Shown here: piece after piece, positions 1 through 9,918 of the stretch
How positions within the stretch are numbered: position 1 is the first letter of the stretch
Layout of the letters: every line of letters begins with the position of its first letter
Origin: Candidatus Micrarchaeota archaeon
GTDB lineage: Archaea > Micrarchaeota > Micrarchaeia > Anstonellales > Bilamarchaeaceae
Direction of reading: 5' to 3'
DNA: 37,371 bases
Assembly (NCBI GenBank): GCA_020726005.1
Contig: DYTL01000001.1
Coordinates: forward strand, 1 to 37,371
The notes under the pieces: generated by a model
What the model was told of the DNA's origin: nothing
The model's input: the letters and a program-made list of their open reading frames with translations, nothing else
Databases searched by the model: none
Translations under genes and position numbers: made by a program

Positions 1-457
1 TGTTTTCTTCATTAAAATTATCCAAGGTCCTGTAAAGTAGATCCCTATTGATTTTTTGTGAAGGTATTTTTAGAAGTTGTTTGAGATAAGTTTGGGAATA
101 CCAATTCTGCAATTTATTTTTGCTTTTATGATCTATTGCATAATTGATTATCATTATTGCTAATGCTGCCCCAGCATCAATACCCCATTTTTTATTTTTG
201 AAATATGATGAAACGGTTGTTTGGATGTTCAATTGCTCTAAGATTTTCCAGAGAGAAACAGGGGTTTGATAGAGAAGGTTTTCTAGATCTGATTCTGCAA
301 GTGATTTGGCCATATCTACATTTTGAAGTATAAATGGAAGTTGTTCTTCTTTGCAAACATACGTTGACGTCTGTATAACTCTTGTTCCCTCCCTCTTATT
401 TGACACTACATAAATGTATGTACTCTTTCTAACTTTCTTCTTTCTCAGAAAAGTCAT
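1..457 (-). CDS. IS1634-family transposase, N-terminal 152 aa (runs off the window edge)
   Basis: Not in the ORF track. Manual translation from ATG 457 is stop-free: MTFLRKKKVRKSTYIYVVSNKREGTRVIQ...SKNKLQNWYSQTYLKQLL...INRDLLYRTLD. This matches the IS1634 N-terminal pattern as I recall it (FxRKKK..Y.Y.V...R; SK...W...T; LYRxLD). Confidence 0.8.
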   Translation of the reverse strand, partial: MTFLRKKKVRKSTYIYVVSNKREGTRVIQTSTYVCKEEQLPFILQNVDMAKSLAESDLENLLYQTPVSLWKILEQLNIQTTVSSYFKNKKWGIDAGAALAIMIINYAIDHKSKNKLQNWYSQTYLKQLLKIPSQKINRDLLYRTLDNFNEEN

Positions 458-522
458 ACTTCTATTTTTGACACTACAATTTATAAATATATACCTAGGA
501 GTATTTCAAAATTGACACTACA
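400..522. repeat. Three direct copies of TTGACACTACA
   Basis: Exact 11-mers at 400-410, 468-478 and 512-522, straddling the transposase start. Confidence 0.9.
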
Positions 523-766
523 AAACCAAAAAATCAGCGCGTTCGTTCTCGAAATCGATTCGTTATAAAAATTAGTTTAATGCGAATTTGCGTAAGTTAG
601 GTTTCTAATTACGGTTGCGGTAATATGTACGAGTGCCTTTAACTTTTTTGTAGCATTATTCGCGTTAATTTCTTGAAAATGGATTTTAGTTTCTGAAACC
701 GAATTATATCCCAGAGGTTTCGCAAACTTCGATAGATTTATATAGTATACTAAATTAAGATAAATT

Positions 767-1270
767 ATGGAACAGAAGTATTATTGGATTATTGGAATTA
801 TTGCTGTTTTAGGATTATTTTTTATTAGTGGCTGTGTTCAACAAACAAAAACTTCAAACGTAACATTAACACATAATACACAAATAGATAATTGTAGGGA
901 ACTTTCTAAAAATTTTGATGCTAGAATTGATACTATAAGTGTCGCTGAATGTGATAAATGGGTAACAGAAGGTAATAAGCCTATTTGGGTTGGTGGAAAA
1001 TTAATTAACGTTTCAAAAACATATATTACGTCTTATAAGAGGAATGAATTTACATTAATTTTCCAAGGTTCTCAAAAACAAGGTAAAATTTATATTGGAA
1101 CAAAAAACGAGTCTATACCTTATGAAATTAGTAAATTCTATAAATTTGATTTGGGAAACAAATGCAAACTTATTTATTCTATGACAAGTAGTGGTATGTT
1201 TTTAGACCCTAATTTAGATACTTTAGAATATTTACAAGAATGCGATTTTATTGAGTCAATACAAAAATAG
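767..1270 (+). CDS. Hypothetical lipoprotein / secreted protein
   Basis: Hydrophobic N-terminus ending in an ISGC lipobox; four further Cys; TATA-like TTTATATA at 737-744. Confidence 0.75.
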   Translation: MEQKYYWIIGIIAVLGLFFISGCVQQTKTSNVTLTHNTQIDNCRELSKNFDARIDTISVAECDKWVTEGNKPIWVGGKLINVSKTYITSYKRNEFTLIFQGSQKQGKIYIGTKNESIPYEISKFYKFDLGNKCKLIYSMTSSGMFLDPNLDTLEYLQECDFIESIQK

Positions 1271-1322
1271 ATCTATTCAAATTTGCTTAAGTTGATGAAT
1301 ATATCAATAGGTATGTGATAAT

Positions 1323-1673
1323 ATGAACGTGCAAAAACACCCAGAAAAACACGATGAATTTAATGAACTTGTGAATAGCATTCATACTGTGGAAGCTGAA
1401 TCCGACAAAATAAAGGCCACTTATACTGAAAAGGTTGCTGAACTTCTTAAATATGGAAGAGAGAAAAGTGTTGAACTACGCGAATCCTATGAAAAGAAAG
1501 CAAGTGAATCAAAGAACGAACTTATTGTAGCAGAAAGAGAAAAAACAGAAAAACTTGTTGAAGAAATAATTTCATCTGCTAAAAAAGATGCTTTAGTTTT
1601 GCGCGTGGAAAAGTTAAATAAAAAAAATATAGATGCAATTTTTGAATCGTTTGTATCTTCAGTTTTTCGATAA
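1323..1673 (+). CDS. atpH: A/V-type ATP synthase peripheral stalk subunit H (G-like)
   Basis: 116-aa charged coiled-coil protein immediately before atpI, the usual first position in the archaeal operon. Confidence 0.7.
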   Translation: MNVQKHPEKHDEFNELVNSIHTVEAESDKIKATYTEKVAELLKYGREKSVELRESYEKKASESKNELIVAEREKTEKLVEEIISSAKKDALVLRVEKLNKKNIDAIFESFVSSVFR

Positions 1674-1700
1674 AAAAGGTTTAGTTATAGGTTTTTAATT

Positions 1701-3593
1701 ATGTTTAAACCAGCAATAATGGAAAAAATTGTTATATTGTCAACTAAAAACGCAGAAAGCCGCTTAATTTCTACCTTGCACGAAAAAGGCGTAATGGAAA
1801 TACAGGAATTTGAATTACCAGGACTTGAAAAAGGAAACCCGCTTAAAATTCATGATGATATTTCGCGCGAACTCGTACGCATACGCGGACTTATAAATGC
1901 ATTCCAATCCATTTCTGCTATTAATAATATTGGAAAAGAAATTACAAATCTTAGTAAAATTGAGTATACCAACACGTTAACAGAAGCAACAAAAATAAGC
2001 ATAGATCAGGAACTTAAACAGCTTGTTGATTTGCGAAGTCAGTTCATTACAGAAGCTAGTGAATTAGAAAAAAGAAGAAGAATTATATTAAAAATTTCAG
2101 GTTTTGAAAATATTAATTTTTCCAAACTTGAAACAAAGAATTTTACTTTTACATTAGGCACTATAAAGAAAAACGTGATTCAGCAATTCCAAAAAGAGCT
2201 TATGGAATATTTGCATAACGAAATGAAAACAATATGTTCGTCTGCTGAAACCAATAGCGAAATCGCTCTTGTATTTTATAAGAAAACAAAGGATATAGAA
2301 CCCGTGATTTCTAAATACAATTTTGAAAAAATTCAGCTACCCAAGGGATTTACCAGCTTCAAAAAAGAAATGGAAAATATTGAAATTGCTATAACAGAAA
2401 ACAAGAAACATATTGCAGAAACTGAAAAAAAGCTTAATGAACTTAAAGATAAATATTATTTAGCATTGTTTACTCTTGAAAAAAAATTATCTATTCTTTC
2501 TGAGCGAGCGGTAATTGCGACTAAATTTGCAAACAGCAATAAAATAATCGCAATTAATGGCTGGATAAAAAAAAGCGATACAACCATAATCGCAGAACTT
2601 ATAAAAACCGATTTCAAAGGCGAAGCCGAATTGATTGAAACAAAAGAGGATATACATAATGCGCCGATAGTTCTTGATAATCCAAAATCGATGGGTTCAT
2701 TCCAATTCCTTGTTGAGCTATATTCACTTCCAAAATATACCGAATTTGACCCAACTTTTTTATTGTTTTTTACAGTGCCAATAATATACGGAATGATAGT
2801 TGGTGACGTTGGTTATGGATTAATTTCTATTATGTTATCAATCCTAATTTTACAAAAGTTCAAAACAGGCATACTCGGAAATATTACAAAAATATGGCTT
2901 TTTTCTTCGATTGCCTCAATAATATTCGGAATTGTTTTTGATGAATGGTTTGGATTCTCGCATTTAGAATTAGCTGAATGGCTTAGAAAATGGGGGTTAA
3001 ATATAGGGATAGAACATTCATTTTATACAGGATTAGGTAGAAGCCACAATTTAGGTCTTATTATTGGGCTTGCGCTTCTTGTAGGTATTGCACAACTTAG
3101 TTTAGGATATATTTTGGGAGCAATAAATGCATGGAATCACGATAAAAAACATGCACTCGTTAAAATAGTGTGGTTTGTGTTTCTTATTAGCGGAACAATT
3201 GCGGTTGCATCGTTCATACTTAATCTTCTTCCTAATGAGATTGGAAATATTTGCGTAATAATAGCCTTTATAAGTGCAATAATTGTTATAGTAACAGAAG
3301 GGTTGCCTGGTTTATTTGAAATTCCAGGACTTTTATCAAATGTACTTTCATACGCACGAATTGGAGCAGTTGGAGTAGTAGGAGTTATTATTGCAGAAAT
3401 TGTTAATGAAAATTTGCTTCCGACACCAGAAAAAAGTATAATTATGATACCTATATTTATTTTACTTCATATACTCAACGCTGCACTCGCAATGTTTGAA
3501 AGTATAGTACAAGGTGGACGACTTAATTTAGTTGAGTTTTATTCAAAATTTTTTTATGGAGGAGGAAAGGCATTCGAACCTTTTAGAATGTAA
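1701..3593 (+). CDS. atpI: A/V-type ATP synthase subunit I (a)
   Basis: MFKP start, soluble N-half, P.Y.E.DPT, GD.GYG, LSYAR (essential Arg), RL..VEF.SKF. Confidence 0.97.
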   Translation: MFKPAIMEKIVILSTKNAESRLISTLHEKGVMEIQEFELPGLEKGNPLKIHDDISRELVRIRGLINAFQSISAINNIGKEITNLSKIEYTNTLTEATKISIDQELKQLVDLRSQFITEASELEKRRRIILKISGFENINFSKLETKNFTFTLGTIKKNVIQQFQKELMEYLHNEMKTICSSAETNSEIALVFYKKTKDIEPVISKYNFEKIQLPKGFTSFKKEMENIEIAITENKKHIAETEKKLNELKDKYYLALFTLEKKLSILSERAVIATKFANSNKIIAINGWIKKSDTTIIAELIKTDFKGEAELIETKEDIHNAPIVLDNPKSMGSFQFLVELYSLPKYTEFDPTFLLFFTVPIIYGMIVGDVGYGLISIMLSILILQKFKTGILGNITKIWLFSSIASIIFGIVFDEWFGFSHLELAEWLRKWGLNIGIEHSFYTGLGRSHNLGLIIGLALLVGIAQLSLGYILGAINAWNHDKKHALVKIVWFVFLISGTIAVASFILNLLPNEIGNICVIIAFISAIIVIVTEGLPGLFEIPGLLSNVLSYARIGAVGVVGVIIAEIVNENLLPTPEKSIIMIPIFILLHILNAALAMFESIVQGGRLNLVEFYSKFFYGGGKAFEPFRM

Positions 3594-3614
3594 AATATTA
3601 GATGAGGTGAAAAC

Positions 3615-3857
3615 ATGGTAGAAGAAGCAGTAGGAGGAATAGCAAAAGAAGGATTAATTGCAATTGGAGCAGGAATCGCAATATTAGGCGGAGCAATAGG
3701 AACAAGTTTGGTTCAAAGTAGTGTAGGTTCAAGTATAATCGGCGTTATTGCGGAAAAACCAAATGAATATGGAAGATTGCTTATTTATTATCTTATCCCT
3801 GAAACTCTCATATTGTTTGGATTTATAATAGCATTCATGCTTCTTGGAAAAGTATGA
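3615..3857 (+). CDS. atpK: ATP synthase proteolipid subunit K (c), single hairpin
   Basis: Two TM helices, PET motif with the carrier Glu; GAGGTGA RBS. Confidence 0.95.
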   Translation: MVEEAVGGIAKEGLIAIGAGIAILGGAIGTSLVQSSVGSSIIGVIAEKPNEYGRLLIYYLIPETLILFGFIIAFMLLGKV

Positions 3858-3880
3858 TTGAAGATTATTAAGGTCTTAAA

Positions 3881-4468
3881 ATGTTAAATGATATTCGAAA
3901 AACTATCCTTAATGACGCTAAAATTGAAGGTGAAATTCTACTTCACAATGCAGAAAACGAATTTGAAGCAGAATTTACCAAAATAAAATTAAATGGTGAA
4001 ACAAAAGTTGCACTTGCAATTCAGGAAGCTAAAACTTTAACTGAAAACGAAAGGCGCGAACGACTAAGTTGGGCAAAACTTGAAGCAAAAAGAATTCTTG
4101 CCGATGCGAAAGAAGATGCAATACGCGCAATGTTCGATGTGCTTATTGAAAAAATGAAATCTTATACTAGCACTAAACAGTACGCAGACAAAATGAAAAC
4201 AATGATTACTAATGCAATAAAAGAATTAGGTGAAAATGCAACCGTACACGTAAAAAAAGGTGAAAAAAAACTTTTTGCGATTCCTGAAGCAAGTGTAAAA
4301 GAAGATGCCAATATAATTGGAGGTGCAATTGTTGAGACTAAGGATGGAAAACTCAGAATTGATCTCAGTTTTGAAGAGCTATTTAATATCCAAAAAGATG
4401 TAATAAGAAAGGATATTTATACAATAATGTTTGGAGAAGAGAAAAAGAAAAACACGAATAAAATATAA
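3881..4468 (+). CDS. atpE: ATP synthase subunit E
   Basis: N-terminal coiled coil, IIGGAIV...DG..RID.S motif, operon position. Confidence 0.93.
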   Translation: MLNDIRKTILNDAKIEGEILLHNAENEFEAEFTKIKLNGETKVALAIQEAKTLTENERRERLSWAKLEAKRILADAKEDAIRAMFDVLIEKMKSYTSTKQYADKMKTMITNAIKELGENATVHVKKGEKKLFAIPEASVKEDANIIGGAIVETKDGKLRIDLSFEELFNIQKDVIRKDIYTIMFGEEKKKNTNKI

Positions 4469-4492
4469 ACGCAAAACTAAGATAGTGGGTAC

Positions 4493-5626
4493 ATGATAAA
4501 ACCAAGTTCATTTGTTTATGTGAAAAAATCCGGATTTATCGGACGAAGTAGTAAAAAAGTAGTGTGGTCTGTTTCAAAAGCAATGAAATATGGTTATTCA
4601 AATGCGCGTGTTAGTGCAATGAAAGGACTACTTCTAAAAAAAGAATCTTTAAACGAACTTGTACGTGTAGATAGTATAAATGCAATGGTGGAAATGCTTG
4701 AACGAACTTATTACAAGGATAATTTTGTAAAACTCTCCATGCATTATCATGGTTCGGATCTTGTACAAATCGCAACCGCGATGCATTTCGCTGAAATTGC
4801 AAATAAACTTGAACGCATAATTCCAGAAAGCGATAAAGAAGCGTTCAGAGTTATGCTAACAAAATGGGATGTGATAAATGCAAAAACCATTCTTAACGCA
4901 AAACGTATTGGTAAAAAATATGAAGAAGTTATACCGTTTATAATTCCGATAGGTTCGTTCACCGAAGCAGAAGTTAAAGAATTGCTTGGCGAAACAGGAG
5001 AAACGTTTTTCCTTAAATTCACGAAAACAAACTTAGGTAAAAGATTTATCTCAAGTAGAATTGCTTCTGGTATAGAGCTTGAGAAACTTTTTTTACATAT
5101 CGGAAGCACGGAAGTAATGAAATTAGAAGCATTACTTGATATATTTTATTATTCGCTTTATAGTTCCATAGGAAAATTCTCTACAAAGGAACTTGAATCC
5201 ATTGCAAAAATGTTTAGACGCGAAATTGACTTTAAAAATGCACTAATCATCATTAGGCTCAAACAACATGGAATAAACGATATAAAAGAGATAATAAAAT
5301 ATTTTATAAAAGGCGGAATAAAATCTTTTGATTCATTTGCACCTCTATTCAATGCAAAGAGCGAAGATATATTGATACTTGCAGGAAACCATTTTGGACT
5401 TAAAAATACGCCTAAAAATACAACTGAACTTGAATTAATGCTTAATAAAAAATTTGCTTCTGCGAAATTAAACTTGTTTTATCGTTCTATTCTTTCAATA
5501 GGAACAATAATCAGTTTTCTTTTCATTAAAGAAGAAGAAATAGATAATCTAAGAAAAATAGTAATAGGAAAGGAATTCGGCATATCTGACGAAAAAATTA
5601 AAGAAATGCTTGTATTTCCAAATTAA
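4493..5626 (+). CDS. atpC: ATP synthase subunit C (d)
   Basis: YGYSNARV.AM, D..N.K..L, KE.EI.NLR.I motifs. Confidence 0.93.
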   Translation: MIKPSSFVYVKKSGFIGRSSKKVVWSVSKAMKYGYSNARVSAMKGLLLKKESLNELVRVDSINAMVEMLERTYYKDNFVKLSMHYHGSDLVQIATAMHFAEIANKLERIIPESDKEAFRVMLTKWDVINAKTILNAKRIGKKYEEVIPFIIPIGSFTEAEVKELLGETGETFFLKFTKTNLGKRFISSRIASGIELEKLFLHIGSTEVMKLEALLDIFYYSLYSSIGKFSTKELESIAKMFRREIDFKNALIIIRLKQHGINDIKEIIKYFIKGGIKSFDSFAPLFNAKSEDILILAGNHFGLKNTPKNTTELELMLNKKFASAKLNLFYRSILSIGTIISFLFIKEEEIDNLRKIVIGKEFGISDEKIKEMLVFPN

Positions 5627-5666
5627 TATCAAATATAATATCCTAAGTCAAATGGGTGATAAAAAG

Positions 5667-5990
5667 ATGGTAATCGGAAAAATAGCAGTACTTGGTGAAC
5701 GCCATTTCACGATGGGGTTCATGCTTGCGGGCGTGCAGAATGTTTTTACTGTGGTTGAAGGCAATAGTGAACAAAAACTTATTGAACTGATAGATTCAAA
5801 ACAATATTCAATTATATATATAAACGAGAGACTCAGCGAGCAGATGGACTGGAAGCTTAAAAAAAGAATTTCAAACCTTGCATATCCTGTTATTGTTCCG
5901 CTACCTGATATAAAGGGCGAAAGTAATGAAGCTGCAAATATAAAAGTACTTATTAAACGCGCACTTGGTTTTGATATAATCGCAAAATGA
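5667..5990 (+). CDS. atpF: ATP synthase subunit F
   Basis: KIAVLG....GF.LAG and IKRALG. Start moved to ATG 5667 behind the GGGTGA RBS. Confidence 0.93.
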   Translation: MVIGKIAVLGERHFTMGFMLAGVQNVFTVVEGNSEQKLIELIDSKQYSIIYINERLSEQMDWKLKKRISNLAYPVIVPLPDIKGESNEAANIKVLIKRALGFDIIAK

Positions 5991-6013
5991 AATATAATTC
6001 TTAGGTGATTTAA

Positions 6014-7792
6014 ATGGCAACAAAAAAAACAAATGATGAAAACTCCGCGCGTGGATATTTAAAAAGAATTTCAGGACCAGTTGTGGAAGTTAGCAATCTT
6101 ACTGATGCAAAACTTTATGATGTTTTGCGCGTTGGAAAACAAGGACTTATTGGCGAAATAATTAAAATAGTAGGAAACACGTGCATAGTGCAAGTTTATG
6201 AAGATACTTCAAGGCTTAAACCCGGCGAGCCAGTAGAAAATACCGAACAACCTCTCAGTGTAGAACTTGGGCCTGGATTATTGAAAAATATTTATGATGG
6301 AATTCAACGTCCGTTAAAAGATATTGAAGCAAAAAGTGGGCATTATATTACACGGGGAATTAACGTACCTCCTCTGCCTCGTGATATTAAATGGGAATTT
6401 ACTGCAAAAGTGAAAATAGGTGAACGAGTAAAAGTTGGAGACATTATTGGAGAAGTGCAGGAAACCGAACTCATATTGCATAGAATACTTTCACCTTATG
6501 AAGGAATAATAAACAAGATAAAAAGCGGAAAATATACCGTTGAACAAGAAATAGGAGAAATAACTGTTGGTGGGAAAAAAAATAATTTATATATGTATCA
6601 AAAATGGTTCGTAAGAATTCCAAGACCTTGTGCTGAAAAATTTCCACCTATAATTCCGCTTATTACCGGGCAGAGAATAATAGATACGTTTTTTCCAGTT
6701 TCAAAAGGAGGAACCGCGGCAATTCCAGGTCCATTTGGTTCTGGAAAAACAGTTACACAACAAAGCCTTGCTAAATATTCAGATACTGAAATAGTTGTTT
6801 ATATTGGATGTGGAGAACGTGGAAATGAAATGACCGAGGTTTTAACTGAATTTCCTCATCTCAAAGATGATAAAACTGGAAAACCGCTTATGGAGCGGAC
6901 TGTGCTTATTGCGAATACTTCTAATATGCCTGTTGCGGCGAGAGAAGCAAGCATATATACAGGAATAACAATTGCTGAATATTATAGAGATATGGGTTAT
7001 AACGTTGCGCTCATGGCTGACTCAACAAGCAGATGGGCCGAGGCACTTCGTGAAATTGGAGGAAGGTTAGAGGAAATGCCTGGAGAAGAAGGTTATCCTG
7101 CTTATCTGGCAAGACGACTTGCTGAATTTTATGAAAGAGCAGGAAGAGTACAAACGCTTGGAAAAGATGAAAGATACGGTTCAATTTCAATTATTGGAGC
7201 AGTATCTCCTCCAGGAGGAGATATCAGTGAACCAGTTTCACAAAATACACTTAGAGTTACAAAGGTCTTCCTTGCGCTTGACGCTGCACTTGCGCAGAGA
7301 AGGCATTTTCCAGCAATTAATTGGCTTATGAGTTATTCTCTCTATAAAGATAGTTTGGATGAATGGTTTAGAACCAATGTTGCTCATGATTTTCCAGGAA
7401 TGAGGGACAAAGCAATGGAGCTTCTTCAGAAAGAAGCAGAGTTGCAGGAAATAGTGCAGCTTGTAGGGCCTGATGCACTTCCAGATAAAGAACAGGTTGT
7501 TCTCTTTGTTACGAAAATGTTGCGAGAAGATTTTCTCCAGCAAAACGCGTACAGCGAAATAGATGCAAAAGCAAGCTTCAAAAAACAATATTTAATGCTT
7601 AAAAGCATAATATTTTTCTATGAAAAAGCAATACACGCTATTGATATTGGAGTTCAACTCAAAAAAATTCAAGATAATTTAGTAACAATGAAAATTGGAA
7701 GAATGAAAGAAATAAAGGAAAATGAATTGGAAAAACTTTCAGAACTTCATAAGGAGATAGATGTATCTTTTACCGAAATTGTAAAAAAATAG
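6014..7792 (+). CDS. atpA: ATP synthase catalytic subunit A
   Basis: P-loop [34 protein letters not shown]; no intein. Confidence 0.99.
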   Translation: MATKKTNDENSARGYLKRISGPVVEVSNLTDAKLYDVLRVGKQGLIGEIIKIVGNTCIVQVYEDTSRLKPGEPVENTEQPLSVELGPGLLKNIYDGIQRPLKDIEAKSGHYITRGINVPPLPRDIKWEFTAKVKIGERVKVGDIIGEVQETELILHRILSPYEGIINKIKSGKYTVEQEIGEITVGGKKNNLYMYQKWFVRIPRPCAEKFPPIIPLITGQRIIDTFFPVSKGGTAAIPGPFGSGKTVTQQSLAKYSDTEIVVYIGCGERGNEMTEVLTEFPHLKDDKTGKPLMERTVLIANTSNMPVAAREASIYTGITIAEYYRDMGYNVALMADSTSRWAEALREIGGRLEEMPGEEGYPAYLARRLAEFYERAGRVQTLGKDERYGSISIIGAVSPPGGDISEPVSQNTLRVTKVFLALDAALAQRRHFPAINWLMSYSLYKDSLDEWFRTNVAHDFPGMRDKAMELLQKEAELQEIVQLVGPDALPDKEQVVLFVTKMLREDFLQQNAYSEIDAKASFKKQYLMLKSIIFFYEKAIHAIDIGVQLKKIQDNLVTMKIGRMKEIKENELEKLSELHKEIDVSFTEIVKK

Positions 7793-7801
7793 GTTGATAA
7801 T

Positions 7802-9190
7802 ATGAAAGAATACAAAACAATAAATCAGATCGCTGGTCCACTCGTATTTGTTGAAGGAATAAGTGGTGTAAGTTATGGCGAGATAGTTGAAATCATTCTT
7901 CCATTCGGAGAAAGAAAAAAAGGACAAGTATTAGATATAAGCGAAAGTGTTGCAGTAGTGCAGATTTTCGGAACAACTTCAGGAATTAATATTTCTCAAA
8001 CATCTGTGAAATTCTTAGGAGATACAATGCGCGTATCAGTTTCGGACGATATGCTTGGACGAATATTTACAGGTATGGGCGAACCAAAAGACAGGGGCCC
8101 AAAAATCATTCCAGAAGAGAAATTAGACATTAATGGATTACCCATAAATCCGTATTCGCGTGAATGTCCTGCTGATTTTATTCAAACTGGAATCTCAACA
8201 ATTGATGCAATGAATACATTAGTACGTGGACAGAAATTGCCTATTTTTTCTGCTTCTGGTTTGCCGCATAATCAGCTTGCTGCACAAATTGCACGTCAAG
8301 CAAAAGTACGCGGAACAGAGGAAGAATTCGCTGTTGTCTTTGCCGCGGTTGGAATTACTCATGAAGAAGCATCGTTTTTTATGCGTAATTTTGAACGAAC
8401 TGGCGCACTTGAAAAATCAGCGGTTTTCTTAAATCTTGCCAATGATCCGAGTGTCGAACGACTTATAACTCCAAGAATAGCGCTTACTGTGGCGGAATAT
8501 CTAGCATTTGAACATGATATGCACGTACTTGCAATAATTACCGATATGACTAATTATGCCGAATCACTTCGTGAGATCGCAGCTGCACGGCAGGAAGTAC
8601 CAGGAAGAAGAGGTTATCCTGGCTATATGTATACTGACCTCGCTACTATTTATGAGCGTGCAGGACGAGTGCGAGGAAGAAAAGGAACTGTTACTCAACT
8701 CTCAATACTAACAATGCCTGGTGATGACAAAACTCATCCAATTCCTGATCTTACTGGATATATTACAGAAGGGCAAATTGTTCTTGGGCGTGATTTGTAT
8801 AGAAAGAATATTTATCCACCTGTTGATGTTCTTCCTTCACTTTCACGACTAATGAATTTAGGTATTGGAAAACAGAAAACGCGCGAAGATCATAAAGGAG
8901 TATCTGATCAAATGTATGCAGCTTATGCTACAGGACGAGATTTACGAAGTTTAAGTGCAGTTGTTGGTGAAGAAGCGCTTACAGATACAGATAGAAAATA
9001 TTTGCGCTTTGCGGATGAATTTGAAAACAAATTCGTGCGACAGAGTTTGTACGAAGATAGGAATATAGAACAGACACTCGATTTAGGATGGAACTTATTA
9101 TCTTTATTACCAGAAGAAGAACTTAAACGAGTTAAAAGCGAGCATATTGAAAAATATTTAAAAAAGAATGCGAGCGTACGAACTTGTTGA
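7802..9190 (+). CDS. atpB: ATP synthase subunit B
   Basis: [37 protein letters not shown]. Confidence 0.99.
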   Translation: MKEYKTINQIAGPLVFVEGISGVSYGEIVEIILPFGERKKGQVLDISESVAVVQIFGTTSGINISQTSVKFLGDTMRVSVSDDMLGRIFTGMGEPKDRGPKIIPEEKLDINGLPINPYSRECPADFIQTGISTIDAMNTLVRGQKLPIFSASGLPHNQLAAQIARQAKVRGTEEEFAVVFAAVGITHEEASFFMRNFERTGALEKSAVFLNLANDPSVERLITPRIALTVAEYLAFEHDMHVLAIITDMTNYAESLREIAAARQEVPGRRGYPGYMYTDLATIYERAGRVRGRKGTVTQLSILTMPGDDKTHPIPDLTGYITEGQIVLGRDLYRKNIYPPVDVLPSLSRLMNLGIGKQKTREDHKGVSDQMYAAYATGRDLRSLSAVVGEEALTDTDRKYLRFADEFENKFVRQSLYEDRNIEQTLDLGWNLLSLLPEEELKRVKSEHIEKYLKKNASVRTC

Positions 9191-9215
9191 ACAAAAGAAA
9201 TAACCGCAATATTGG

Positions 9216-9866
9216 ATGGATAATATGACAGAGCAATCGAATCCAACGCGAATGGAACTTTTAAAAATAAAAGAACGCATTACGCTTGCAACAAAGGGAC
9301 ATAAACTTTTAAAGCAAAAGCGGGATGCGCTTATTCTTGAATTTTTTAAAATTCTTAAGAAATCCAAAGACATAAGAAGCAAACTTAATGTAAAAATGAA
9401 AAACGCATATTCTGCGTTAGCGGTTGCAAATGCATATCACTCAGCATTTGAGCTTGAAGCAATATCACTCGCAAACGCAAGAATTATGGATGTGGATGTA
9501 CAAGTTAAAAATGTAATGGGTGTGAAAATCCCGCATCTTATTTCAGATATTGAAACAAGACCTTATCCAAGTAAAGGGTATTCAATTTCCGGTACTACTT
9601 CAATGCTTGAGCAATGTATAGAGGAATATGAACAAGTACTTGATATGGCACTTCAACTTGCAGAAACCGAAATCGCAATAAAACGCCTTATAAGCGAAAT
9701 AGAAAAAACCAAAAGACGTGTAAATTCGCTTGAATTCATTATGATTCCACGTCTTGACGAACAGAAAAAGATGATTGCATTTAAGTTAGACGAACTTGAA
9801 AGAGACGGATTTATTTCGCTCAAAGTAATAAAAAGAAAATTGGAAAGGGAAAGGGGTTTATTATAA
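9216..9866 (+). CDS. atpD: ATP synthase subunit D
   Basis: NPTRMEL, GH.LLK.KRDAL, EIEKTKRRVN.LE. Confidence 0.98.
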   Translation: MDNMTEQSNPTRMELLKIKERITLATKGHKLLKQKRDALILEFFKILKKSKDIRSKLNVKMKNAYSALAVANAYHSAFELEAISLANARIMDVDVQVKNVMGVKIPHLISDIETRPYPSKGYSISGTTSMLEQCIEEYEQVLDMALQLAETEIAIKRLISEIEKTKRRVNSLEFIMIPRLDEQKKMIAFKLDELERDGFISLKVIKRKLERERGLL

Positions 9867-9918
9867 AAATAGTAATTTTTCTTAGTGAAGTACAAAAATA
9901 TAAATAAGGTGAACGAAA

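Larger units (their letters stand above)
1..601 (-). mobile_element. Left part of an IS1634-like insertion sequence
   Basis: Transposase ORF, subterminal repeats and a candidate terminus CCTAACTTACGCA (minus strand from 601). The right end is outside the window, so the TIR and target duplication are unverified. Confidence 0.6.

Noticed and set aside
400..522. CRISPR array
   Set aside because: The repeats are only 11 nt with unequal spacing (57 and 33 nt), one lies inside a CDS, and there are no cas genes.
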